Assembly (NCBI RefSeq): GCF_964355755.1
Contig: NC_092670.1
Location: forward strand, 7,678,201-7,742,200
Source: Antedon mediterranea
Taxonomy: Eukaryota; Animalia; Echinodermata
Length of the DNA: 64,000 bases
Reading direction: 5' to 3'
The position numbers and the translations under genes were made by a program. The notes under the pieces were generated by a model. It was not told the origin of the DNA. It ran no database searches and saw only the letters and a list, made by a program, of their open reading frames with translations. This document shows positions 1-12,208 of the stretch, piece by piece (the first letter of the stretch is position 1; every line of letters starts with the position of its first letter).

Positions 1-195
1 TGTTTACTTTCGCTCGCGACGATTTTCCAGAAGAAATGTAAACAAACTAATTTACCTATTAATTACGTAAACTTGTTGCTTTTGGCTTGAATTTTCGACT
101 TAAAGTGAATAACTTTAATATTACTTTGATATGGCCAATTTAAATTTATAATATTTTTACCTTCATTTTTTTGTGTTTCAAGGGACAATACATCT
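1..195. mobile_element. Right end of a TTAA-flanked MITE (Kolobok-like)
   Basis: Ends in agggacaatacatct-ttaa, the reverse complement of the ttaa-agatgtattgtccct terminus at ~15380. Confidence 0.5.
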
Positions 196-392
196 TTAAA
201 CACGCGCGTCTCTTCGTGATGTCACCGACATGTTAAGTTGCATTATAGTATTAGGCCTACTATTAATATTTTCATAAAGTAATTCTTGTATTAGGCTTTT
301 TAATAATGGTATAAATGTTTATTTACATTTGGTGGCAAGATAAATGCACTGGTAACAAATGGATAATAGATAATTAAACAAATGCATGTAGT

Positions 393-3300
393 TTAAATGC
401 TTATGTCATTAGGAATGTTATCTGGGTGAAAGCGAACATAGGGATATGTCCTCACACGGTTTTTCACGTTGATCTCTTTCCCGATCTCATTAAGTGTCCG
501 CTTAAAACTGAAAAAAAGAAACGTGGAATTTGAGCATTAATTCACACTGTATTCATTTTGCTAGGCCTACTTTAGATGGTAATAACAAGTGACGGGCACA
601 GTACTTACGTCCTTAGCGCATTGACGCTAGTCTGGTCATACAGAAACTGCGTTTCATATTCGCCTAAACTTTCAGTGTTTTTAGTACTCAAAAGTTTCGA
701 CAAGGTCATGGAACTCAACATTGTGTCTTTAGTTGGAAGAGCGGCCATCACATCCTGTTCTGTATATTCTTTCTATAAAATAACAAAAACAAGAGCAATT
801 GTAATTTATTAGTTTCGACATTCTATTCATTCGTCAACCGAAAGAATAATAGCACCTTTTTTTGTTATCTTTGTCTAAATTACCGAAAGCAAAACCAAAC
901 TAAAAAAATAGTAGGCCTACGTTTAAACGTTTTTTTCCCCACTAAATTTGGTTAAAATAACCTACTGCCTGTAAATCCACCATTTATATAATAATTACTA
1001 ATGTACATCGTGGTGAGAGCCTCTAACAATCTTTTTTGCTATATGTCTTTATCAGCGTTGTTCTAGAAAGAACTTTACTATCAATGGCTACCCAACTATT
1101 CACTGTGTTTATTACAATTATTTAATCAAAATCTGTTTTTGTATTGGAAGCATCAGCGACAGACATTTGCAAGATTTAGTTTGGAAAGTTTGACGAAGGA
1201 GATTCGTACAAATAATCATAGTAGGTCTAAAGCGTGGTTCCCACTAGCGACGCAAAGTAACGCAACGCAGCGACGTTTTTGCTGTATTTTGTATTCACGG
1301 AACGTGAAAAGTGGGAACCGACGACGCAACAGTGCTGCCATTTTTACGTTGCGTTACGTTGCTTCGTTAGTGGGAACCAAGCTTAAGACACCGTTCCAAG
1401 TTCATCGGGACAGTACTTGGTCAATTTAACACTAGTCCTTCGTCTAATTTCTCGAATGAAAGCAATTACTATTTACCTCTTTTGAATTCGGTGGCTTTCC
1501 TCGTAATAATGCTGGGTAGTTTGGTGGGAAGCCATATTGGTCGTACTGGCCAAAGTTGGTAGATGCGTGACCACCGCTAGCCGTGAAGATTATCATAGTG
1601 AATATATCTACGATCTGATCTGTTGTAGTAATACCATCTTCAACGCCAGGTACATCCTGTGAAAGGGTACAGTACAGAAACTATTAACGGTAGCCTACAT
1701 TCTAGGTAATAATTCGTAAAGAAAAACAAATGTTGCATAAATGACGTGTTACGTAAGCTCAGTAAGTACAAGATTAAACGTGGTAAGAACGACTTTAAAA
1801 GCAGACAAATGTAATTCTTTTTTAAACGCAAACATTATTTCACATTTTGGAGTTTCATTTTTTAAACCGTTGTTTCCAGGATATTGCCAGTGGACTAACA
1901 GAGTTCGAGGGGTGTGGCCGCGGGGACCAAGCAGCTCTATTTTATTGATGTCAAAACGGCATCTGCCACTAACCTGAAAACCGCAGCCTCCATTCTCGAT
2001 GGATCTAACCAATGTAGCTCGGAATCCCTGAAGTTCAAAATCATAACCTATGTCATCATCAGTAGCTATAAAAGAATTTGAATTGCTTTATTTAAAATTA
2101 TCTATTAAATAGTATACTTTTGAGAACCTAACCAATTGTTTTTAAAAGTCAGGAAATAATGTAATCTCTCTCTTCCCAGCTTAACTTTAGGATTAGTTTC
2201 AGGTCTCATGTCCTTGTTAAGCAGCGATACAACGGCGTCGTTGCACAACTTTTATAACGTATACCTAATACACAGATTAGGCAACGTTATAAACACATCC
2301 TAAAAAAGTCGCCTATTTATATTTTAGTGTAGTATATTGAGGAAGCGATTCTACTAGAGTCTTGATTACTTGTCTTTTTTAGATGTGTGAATTTTCAATG
2401 ACTATTATAAATATGATAAAATATAGTTATGACTGCGCTTGACGACACATGTTTTTTTAAACGTCGTCAATATGTCATTATTGCTCCGCATCGTTCGTGG
2501 GCGACACCTGCTATTATTATATATGTGTATATGTTTATTTACATTTTGTTTATGTCTTTGTTCCTGAATGTTGCTTCTGTTGGTGCCTATTGGTATGAAA
2601 AATACATCAGTATTGTCTTGTGTGAAATTTATTTTTTTTCAATTCATATAGGCCTACTTTTGTCCTTAGAAAAATGCTTAAAATGACAATCACGTTTGGA
2701 GAATGTCCTACTTTAAATTACAAAAAAAGCTTGTTCTGCTCGTTCTGCTATAACGCGTACGGGGTTATTAGGGTATCAATTTTGTTGAAAAGATTTAAAT
2801 TTATACGATAAACAATAGAAACCGTATACCAGGCGCTACCCTTTAACAACAAAGTTATAATAAACAACCTCCACTGATGTGTATCAAGGCAATCTAACAA
2901 CATGATGCTGAGCACCGTTGGATCAAATGTTTTATGTGGGGTTGTGACGTCCCCTACACAACATACTTAGTACTGTAACCGCAACTAGTATGAAGAACAG
3001 TCAAATATTGTTTTTTATGGATATTGTAAAGCATGGAACAGAAATTGAATTGAATTGAAATTTATATTTATACTGGGTAACCTCTTCAGTCAAAGACTGG
3101 TCTCCCAGAGGGCCCAGTTGGGTGATCAGTGGCTATGATGTACTAATACACCGGGGTAACCCCCTACTCGTCTCGAAAGATGTACTAGGCTCTTTAAAGT
3201 GCACACGAGCTAGATGTGTACTACCACCAGAACCATGGAGTGAGTGAGCCTCGAACCCCTGCCGATGTTATGGCTACGTAATTACGGTTCCACTGTCTTA

Positions 3301-6300
3301 ACCGCTCGGCCACTCACAGGAGATCTCTCATATACTAATATTCAAGTATTCTTCATTTATGTGTATTTTATAGATGTTGTTTTGTGCTATGTTAACATTT
3401 ATTGTACAGTAAATGTTTATAGTTTCGTTATTTTCGTAGAAATGTATTCTTTTAAGATTTGTGATTGTTTAATTTGATTATGTGTTTACTTTTATGTAGG
3501 ATGTTACGGATACAAAAGTTCAGTACCAATAAATATTATTATTAATTTGTCGCAGCCAATCGTAAGATCAAAGGAGTATTACAAGTTCCTATCTTGGCAA
3601 GAAGGCGATCCTCAGCATCCTGTTAGATTGCCTTGGTATTATTGTAGAATAGGAAAAAGAAATCTTACTGTAGTATTCTTTAACGATCGTATCGACGTAG
3701 TTTCTGATGGCGTCCCATACCTTGAGGCCGTCTTCGCGGTAGTAATACTTTGTTAGCACTTCGGGATCATCAAGTCTTCTATGTTTTAAATTAGCAGGTA
3801 GAATACCATTGTTTGTGAATGACCAAGTTTTGAATGCATTCGCAATTAATGCGAACGTTCCTTTTAGGCCCATTGAAAAAAGTACATCAAATGCACCGCC
3901 TTTGGCCAAAAGTTTTCCTAAGCCACGACTGTTGAAAGAAAATTTAAAGTTATTGAATCATTAAAATCTTAACAATTAATCTTTATCGATAAATTTACTC
4001 ACGATTTATTGCATTTTTAAGAACTTCTTAGCTGGTTATCTTGTTTTAATTGGTGTTAAGCTCTGTCTACACATCAAACTAGTTTTTGACAATAAAAGTG
4101 TGATATGCCCAAATATGGTAGTGATATGACGTCTTCGTGTCCATATATGGGAATATCACATTTGTGATAGTGTAGACAGAGCTTTAGTTTTATAAGTGTC
4201 TCCTGAGCGAGACAAATTACCGTAAACCTTACGTTCAAGCAATTCTAACACATGGGTGTGAACGAAACTCAATTTGTATTTAGTTAATTATTAGGGGAAA
4301 AATCAAGTAGATCTTACTGATTTATAGCCATGACAAAATGAAGATGTGGCGCAACCAATCGATAGAGAGGATGAGACGGTGAAAGATGACGATTCACGGC
4401 TACACTGATGGATTCCAGGATGAAATGCGTAAACGCTAAATGCGTACATGCCTCGTGGTAGGATGCATCTCCTAGGTTAAACCACATCTTCGCCAGAACC
4501 CATGTATACTTAGGATCACTGGGTAGGAATACCTATGAACACAGTGACGAGAGTATCGTTGTAATTCAGGTCCATAACCATATTATTCTAACTCAGGTTA
4601 TGCATGGTATGTAGGTTTGTTTTGAGACAACTAATTTTTTAGTTGTTGTCTCGGGTTGAGAAAGGGGCTGGGGAAAGTGGCGTACCCTATACAAACATAT
4701 ATTTGAAGGCCCATATGATCACAGTATTCTAACTGACGTGGGTTTGTTGAAAGATGTGAGGAGGGTGGAATTTGAACATATGCAGGCGGGGAGGGGTTAA
4801 AAACAATATACATGTATTACGTTTAACACAAAATTTATTAGATGGTGTGCAATACGGCTTGTTTTACAGTATGTATTCTTACTCTCTCAGCGTACTATTT
4901 TTATATTACTGTATATAAGCAGATTACGATTCAAATTAAAAATATATTTGCTACTAAAGTAAAAAATAAAATTAAATACGTATATAACGTTGTATAATGC
5001 AAGTAGGAGTGTATCAGGAAATGAACAACTTACTGGATTTTCCGGTCCTTTTTCTTGATAAAGCTGAATAGCGATTGGAATCAGATCATTGTTAACATTT
5101 GCATAGAAAAGACCAATTGGTACAGTTACCTGTATGAATAATAAAACAAATGCTTCGGGGATTATTTTTTATTTAAACACACAATGCCTACGCACAAGAT
5201 CTTTCAGGATATGACATGGATTTGAGTTAAGCTGAACAAGTCGCTAATATTCCATTCTGCAGCAGAACCACTAAAATTTGAACACGATACCACGAGATTA
5301 GTAAGCAAGCGGCATTTAACAACTAGGCTACATGTCAGTAGGCTTACGCAGATACGGTATTTCCCATTTGTCGTTCGTCAAATTGAGGGTTTAATGTATA
5401 ATTCAGGAGTACAAGTAAAGATGTTAATTTGGCATAACGACGATCGGGGACGAGACTTCTGGATGTTCCCCTAAAGAATCTATCTATGATATATATAGAA
5501 CAGCAATAATCCTGAAAAGTAGTATTGGTTCCCACCCACACACACACCACTATTTTTCGAGTCCTAAAGGTGCCTCTATGATTCTTTCTTTTCTACTTAA
5601 TTGAGTTAGTGAATTCACTTTTTAAAAAGCCTCCGTTGGTGTGCTGTTAATAATATTTTTTTAATTTAGGAACCGTTTAAGCGTAAAGAATTTCTATTCG
5701 GACTATCTTAATTTTAGTTAATAAGCTTTGCGGTTAAAAAGAATAGTCTACCGTATCCTTGTTCTATTGTAGCAGGCAGGCCACCACTGTGTCAACTTAA
5801 AAACGATAGTGGAATTATAGTTCCACGCCATTTGCTTAAACAATAAAATACGGTTTACCGAAGAGCAGCAAATTCCTGGCGTGTATTAGGGGAGGCCTAG
5901 GAGATTTAAATCGTTAAATGGGCTACAAAAATTAAAGAAAGTGCCCGTTGTACAGGCGATGGTCAAAATACGAAGCATTTCCACATTATAAGTAAGGATA
6001 GAACCGCGAATAGAACCGACTTACCGCGAATAGAACCGACTTACCACGAATAGAACCAACTTACCGCGAGTAGAACCAACTTACCGCGAGTAGAACCAAC
6101 TTACCGCTGGTAGAACCAACTTACCGCGAGTACAACCAACTTACCGCGAGTACAACCAACTTACCGCGAGTACAATCAATTTACCGCGAGTACAATCAAT
6201 TTACCGCGGGTAGAACCAACTTACCGTGGGTACAACGAAATTACCGCGGGTACAACGAAATTACCGCGGGTACAACGAAATTACCGCGGGTACAACGAAC

Positions 6301-9300
6301 TTACCGCGGGTACAACGAACTTACCGCGGGTACAACGAACTTACCGCGGGTAGAACCAACTTACCGCGGGTAGAACCAACTTACCGCGGGTAGAACCAAC
6401 TTACCGCGGGTAGAACCAACTTACCGCGGGTAGAACCAACTTACGTGGGTAGAACCAACTTACGTGGGTAGAACCAACTTACCGTGGGTACAACCAACTT
6501 ACCGCGGGTACAACCAACTTACCGCGGATAGAACCAACTTACCGCGGGTAGAACCAACTTACCGCGGGTAAAATATAAGTGAAAACAATAGATAGGACAG
6601 AAAATCTTACGTTTTGTACACCTTCTAATACTTTGTGATTCACAATGAAAATCCGCTTATTCTGCAAACATTCATCTAATGTCTTTCCCTCTAAAAATGA
6701 CTCTACCATTTGAGCTGTGACCCCAAAGCTGAAAACAGTAGAATAGAAACAATGATTAGAAATGGAAAATTGTGTGATGATTTTTATCAATGTTATATTA
6801 TCCTCAAAATGAACAATAAAGATAGCTTAAATAAATTGTTTCATTTTCGTGGACAAAAAAAATTTAGAAAAACGGATATCAGAAAAAAAACCCCAATAGT
6901 ATCAAACTTTGACCTGTTATTACTAATACAGTTACACGATAAGAGATACTAGTTTTAACTCTCAAAGATTGCCCTTGACAGTATTATAAAGATTTAGTAT
7001 ATGTCCGTGTGTTGTATAACCATAGAGGAATTAGTTTGATCCCTCCATGATACAATGTATTGAATTATAGTAGTAGTAACGTAATCCACATTGTTGTTAT
7101 ATCCTGTTGTGGGAAATAATATGTTAGTCTTTACCTTTTCAATGCACTTTAAGTTTGTTATTATTGTTCTGTTATTGTTTTGGTTGCACGTATATTGAAA
7201 TATGAAACCTTGAAATGTATGCAATGAAATAACAATTGAATTGTTATTTAAAGATACTGAAAAATAACAGATTGTCGGTGTTAAAGAATTATCCTATAAT
7301 ACTGAGGAAATAATTTGGAATGTGGATAAAAATAATTAAAAACAACGAGAGACAACGTTATGAGACTAGTTTTTGTGTGATTCTTACTTGTTGGGAATTT
7401 CTGTGCATAGTTGAATAACATTCGGATTACAACCATTCATCACTAAATTTCCAAATTTTAAATCGTTGTCCCATCCATCAACGCCCTGCGTAAATAAATA
7501 ATGAAATACAGTATATACATAATAATATACATAATAATATATTACCTTTGAATTTGTATGGAATAAAAAATAAGGTGTAAATGTAACGAATAAACAATTG
7601 TGGTATAGTCAGCCAGGGAAGAGTAAAAAAATGTAAAAATAGTTTTGATAGCACGGCGAAACGTAAATAACTTCATAGCGGAAACACCGAACCATCGACA
7701 TTGGCCCATCCTTTTTTGGATAAAATAATATAGTATTATATTAATCAAAAGATTGGGCCGAAATAGTGTTTGCTTTTGCAGACATTTGTTATGATAATGT
7801 CTGTTTCGATTTACTGCTATAAATATAGACATTTGTTAACTGATAACACTATCAATTATTGAAATCGCTTCCTTAATTCATTCATTATTCAGAGTTGTAG
7901 TGGTACAAATTGTACGCATTGTTATGTGCAGCTATAAACCCGTCGTGTTTTTGTCCAGACGCATCTATTTCTAAACATAATGTTTACAATACTTCGAAGT
8001 TCTTTGGGATTTGACAGCTGGACGCTGAACCTGTAGTGAGATAGTAACTATAGTATTAACCGTTGACTTGGTAGGATCATTGACCTTGGTCCATGGTAGG
8101 ATTAACCAAACAGGACGTACCAGATCTAATACTTCAAAACATTATGAAAACTTGAGATTTGATATGTTACAAATTTTTAAGGTAGAGACCAATTTATTCG
8201 AACCTTTTAAACGCAAAAAAAACACGCAGACGATAGGCTTACATTGAGTCTCATTGACTTGCAAAAATGCTCAAATTATTGTACGCCCAATTAATTTTAA
8301 AACGATTCGTTTAAAAACAAATTAGAGTAAGTATATATAAACGAAATAGACGTTACGTTGTGTTGTGCTTTCTTGGTTTGAGTTTGGACTGCATTGTAAA
8401 ATGGATCGATTTAATATCTATACTATGGTTGGAAGTGTCTTTCGTCCTGGACTTACCTCTGGTCTATGGAAACTGTATCTGTACACGTCTTCCATGTCTT
8501 CTAATGTTTTAAACTTCTTGGTTGACATCATAATAAGTTCTGTATGCATCTTCATCTTTAACTTTGTTGTTATAATAAATTTCTACAAACAATAGTAATA
8601 AATACAAAATGATGGTAATAGTAAGCCTAATACAAACTAATAATAAATGAACACCATACACATTAAGCTTGGTTCCCACGACTAGAGACGCAACGTAAGA
8701 ATGACGTAGACGTGAATTGACCAATCACAAGCGATGTCTTATTCGCTTGTGATTGGTAACTGTCTATAACTTCGCTTGTCATTGGTTAAAAGGCTTGCGT
8801 TACGTTCTAGTGGGAACACTTGCGTTGCGTCTCTAGTGAGAACCATATGATGCCTTAACATTATCTATAAAACAGGGGTTATACTGTATATCTCAATGTA
8901 TCTATATTGAAATATTAGTGTTTCTGGGAGCTTGTCTACTTTTTCTTGCTTACTTTATTTGTATCTTGAGATTACCCACAGCTTTTTTCAATATTTTGAC
9001 TTGGGAACGCCTTAGTGGCCCTGCTTCATGGGTTGGACTACTTTTTTTTCTCATCTTTATGGATTTCCTCATTTTAGCCGTTTCAAAATTAATCAATATG
9101 CAGATTTTAAAAGTTGGTGCGTGTTTAAAATAACTGTAATAATCTTTGAAAGGAAAAGTGAGATTTACTAACCATGTAATTTGGTGTAAAAGCTTCGTCT
9201 TTTGGTAGAACCACCGCCTAAACGTAAAGTAAATAGCAGTTATGCAATTAAAATGTCAAAATACGCCAGATAACAGTTTTTATTCTACTTCCTCGAGTCT

Positions 9301-10560
9301 TACAAACACACTGGAACAATATTTCTGCCACCAAACTGTGAATGTGAATAAGCTTGTCCATGAAAACTTAAAATAAAAAACAACAAACTGAGATGTGACC
9401 ATAAAATAAAGGTATCCCATGCAAACTTACCTGTACAGGTATCCCGTCTATCTTTTGTTCAAATTCGTACACCTGACGTTTTTCTTCGAGTTCTTTCTTT
9501 CGTTGCGCATGCTCACTATCGTTCTGTGGAAGCTTGGAATCATATCTTGACCATCTTAATTGAGAAATTGATGAATTAAATTCTATTTCTTAAATATTTA
9601 AACAGTATTCCTATTTTTTCCGCCGTTTGGTTATTCATAGGCCTATTCTGGCTAAAGAGACCCGCTCTAGACCCACCCCGTGGTATTCCACTCATAAACA
9701 TTATTTGCATCGGCGCTTGTTTAACATTGGCCAAATACTAAAGAACCTTTATCCATGGTCCTAAAAGTTAAAAAAGGACTACTGCTTTTGTAGAATCTGG
9801 ACACTTATTTGGTTTATGGCAACGTTTTAGTGAGCGAATTGCACGAAGGAATTCATATTAGAAATGGGGGGAGGGGGGTTGTTGGCAAAGTTGACGTTTA
9901 ATGTTCACCTTCACAATTCACAAATCCTACTCCTACCTATCAACACATTACAACAACATAATGTAAACACGACGGGGGCCCAATCGATTGTTTATTATTA
10001 TTTGATACAATCATTACTATAATACAAAAGTAGTTATTTTGTTCTTGTGAAACCAGGCTAGGCCTAAAGCTATCTTGGGCTTTTCTTTCAGGCTCTTTGC
10101 ATCTTTTAATTAAATCATTTGAATATTAGTCTGTTTGATAAATTGTGAAATAAAACGACAAATGAATGAATGAATGTAGGCCTAAATTTAAACCTTACCT
10201 CCTCTTTAGGCCTGCTGTTATCCACCTGTTGATTGGGAATTCATACACCTCATCTCTTACATTGTCTCGGACGATAATCCACTCTACACACCAGTTATTG
10301 TTACCAATACCAATTCGACGATCTCGCCACAGTTCAATTTTATCGATTACACCAAAGTCCTTCAACGATATTGGATACATATCCTGATTTCCCTGTTCGA
10401 AATCATCATGAAATCGTATGTCCAGCTTATAGTCTTTTGATCGTTTTCCGTTTGTGTTGATTAAGGCGATATATATGTTAGCGTCCGTACCCGCTCCATT
10501 TCTGTCGGCTGTTTTCACAAGAACTTGGTAGTCACCCTGTTTCGACCCTCGATTCCCCAT
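393..10560 (-). CDS. Lipoxygenase (PLAT + catalytic domain), complete 13-exon gene, ~664 aa
   Basis: Hand-spliced GT-AG exons with consistent phases: 10560-10199, 9554-9431, 9217-9173, 8582-8457, 7485-7388, 6728-6611, 5129-5034, 4532-4318, 3928-3669, 2065-1974, 1656-1477, 772-609, 507-393 (1995 nt). Motifs: PLAT (VKTADRNGAGTDANIYI...FPINRW), GCNPNVI, LIPIAIQL, WVLAKMW, iron-ligand HEACTHLAFTH, HPLYRLVAPH, YYYREDG, HASTNFGQY, C-terminal PNDISI*. A micro-exon between exons 6 and 7 cannot be excluded. Confidence 0.95.
1231..1383. mobile_element. Palindromic MITE family A (~160-180 bp)
   Basis: TIRs agc(t/g)tggttcccactag...tagtgggaaccaagct with internal acgcaacgca repeats; related copies at 8666, 41131, 49116, 50218, 54744 and 62905. 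Confidence 0.8.
3043..3320 (-). mobile_element. tRNA-derived SINE with Deu/Nin-like central domain
   Basis: Minus strand shows A box tggccgagcgg, B box ggttcgaggc, a core ttaaagagcc...ttcgagacgagtagggggttaccccggtgt resembling the DeuSINE/AmnSINE core as recalled, and a (tcaat)n tail. Confidence 0.75.
4059..4184. mobile_element. MITE family B
   Basis: TIR agctctgtctacac...gtgtagacagagct flanked by taa/tta; a related copy lies at 52483-52670. Confidence 0.75.
5999..6570. repeat. 20-bp minisatellite, ~28 copies (tagaaccaacttaccgcggg)
   Basis: Directly visible tandem array in LOX intron 6, with blocks of variant units. Confidence 0.97.
8666..8845. mobile_element. Palindromic MITE family A
   Basis: agcttggttccc...ctagtgggaac/ctagtgagaacc with ccaatcacaag/cttgtgattgg inverted core. 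Confidence 0.75.
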
Positions 10561-11504
10561 TACAAATCACAAATATAATTCACACAATTGGTCCACGGAT
10601 ACACTTCAGCTGTTATGGCAAAAAGAACAGAATGCAATGAATTTAGCTACGTGATCATGCTTGAATGAACAAGGTGATCCGTAATAGCGCCAGTTAAACT
10701 TTTATGACGTCATAGATAAAGCATTCTGCTCACTGATTGGGTAATAATTCATACTATTGTAAATCTTATCGGGTTAATAATACAGTTGGATTAGAGAGGA
10801 ATTACACCACTCTTCCTGGTTTGAATCACGGGTACCACTCCTATAATTGGCAATCAACTATTCCGAAGAAATTGTTTTTACCAGTACTGTAGCACATTGC
10901 GGTAAAATCTTGATATAGTATATTATATGCCAGATAAAAATATTAATTTGCATTCGTTTTCTTTCAATTTTATGTTTATAACTATAAACTATTTATTTAT
11001 CTTTAGCGGAAATATTTCATAACTTAATTTGCGTATAAGGCATGGTATCATAAAAGGTGAGGAGCGACACGCCTCCAAATATCTACGCATGCGCACAATG
11101 AACTAACATGCAAATCGAAAGCTCCCCCTCCAATATAATCATATAAAAATAACAGAATTCTCTCGAACAATCTTCACATTATTATATCATATCATAAATT
11201 GTTGTTTAAAAACGTCCAGTGCCCAACCTGTAGCTCATTCAATATCCAGATTTATTTTTATTTTATTTTATTTTATTCAGCTGTTGGTTGACAACTGAAT
11301 ACAATAAAATAAAATTAAAATAAATCTGGATATTGAATGAATTGAGTGGACATGTGGAGTGTCTGTTAACGTTGACAAACCAAAATATTTTTTTTAAACG
11401 GTGGTTACCTAAAAAATAGGGTTTCAGTTGACTAACAATAGAACAAACGGGTGAATTTGAAAAGAAAGAGGTAATTACTACTACTACTACTACTGTACTC
11501 ATAT

Positions 11505-12208
11505 AAAACAAGGCCATATAGATGGCTACAGTCGCGTGCTCATTAGTGTTTACCGACCGACCAACCTACCAACTGACCGAAATTACTGAACATGTTTAAA
11601 AATGTTGAAATGTAAACACATTTATATTTTTTTAATTTACACGTGCGTAGCCTGTCACTTTTGACGTGCTCGTATAACGTAATTTCGAGTTGAAAAGTAA
11701 GTCAAGAAAACAGAAATCGGGCAAATAGAGTGCGCAATAACATTTAACGCGCAGTGCGCGCGCAAAAATCTGCGCACTCATGGACATTTTGTAAACGCTT
11801 AAAATTGCCTGAAACGTACTCTTATTTCATCGAAAATAAATTTTAAGCGCGCGTACGCATGCGTTACATGCGCTACGCATGTAATTGTATTGCCATATGA
11901 TGATTTGTTATGCCCTGAAATTTATGAGTACCAAATTTTATTTAATTGTGATTCATGGTTTTGAAGATATGATTACAAACGTGATTTCGTTAAATCGTGG
12001 GTAGACCACGTAATTTTTTATTGCGCACCGTGAAAACATAACCACATCGATTCCTGGCCATAAGGAATATACTGTGAAAAATTGACTTAGCTAGATTAAA
12101 CTGATATCAAGATAAGGTCAAAAAGCGATAAAACGCATAGTGATACCGGACCGACAGACAGACCGACCGACATAGCGAACTATAGAGTCGCGTCCACGCG
12201 ACTAAAAA
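11505..12208 (-). mobile_element. Helentron/DINE-1-like non-autonomous element (HINE)
   Basis: Minus strand: T-run, 5' hairpin agtcgcgtggacgcgact, (gtcg/gtct)n microsatellite, subterminal repeat cacgcgact, 3' stem-loop gccatctatatggc, cttg-TTTT end. Short derivatives at ~43775 and ~51730. Confidence 0.7.

Noticed and set aside
5752-5763. Possible 12-nt LOX micro-exon (NKDT) between exons 6 and 7
   Set aside because: In phase, but the donor (GTAGAC) and polypyrimidine tract are weak; unsupported without RNA data.
5999-6570. CRISPR-like array
   Set aside because: No unique spacers, no cas genes, and eukaryotic intronic context; the same applies to the other tandem arrays.
8918-9133. Hydrophobic plus-strand ORF / basic minus-strand ORF in a LOX intron
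   Set aside because: LOX exons 3 and 4 join in phase without it, and no recognisable domain is present.
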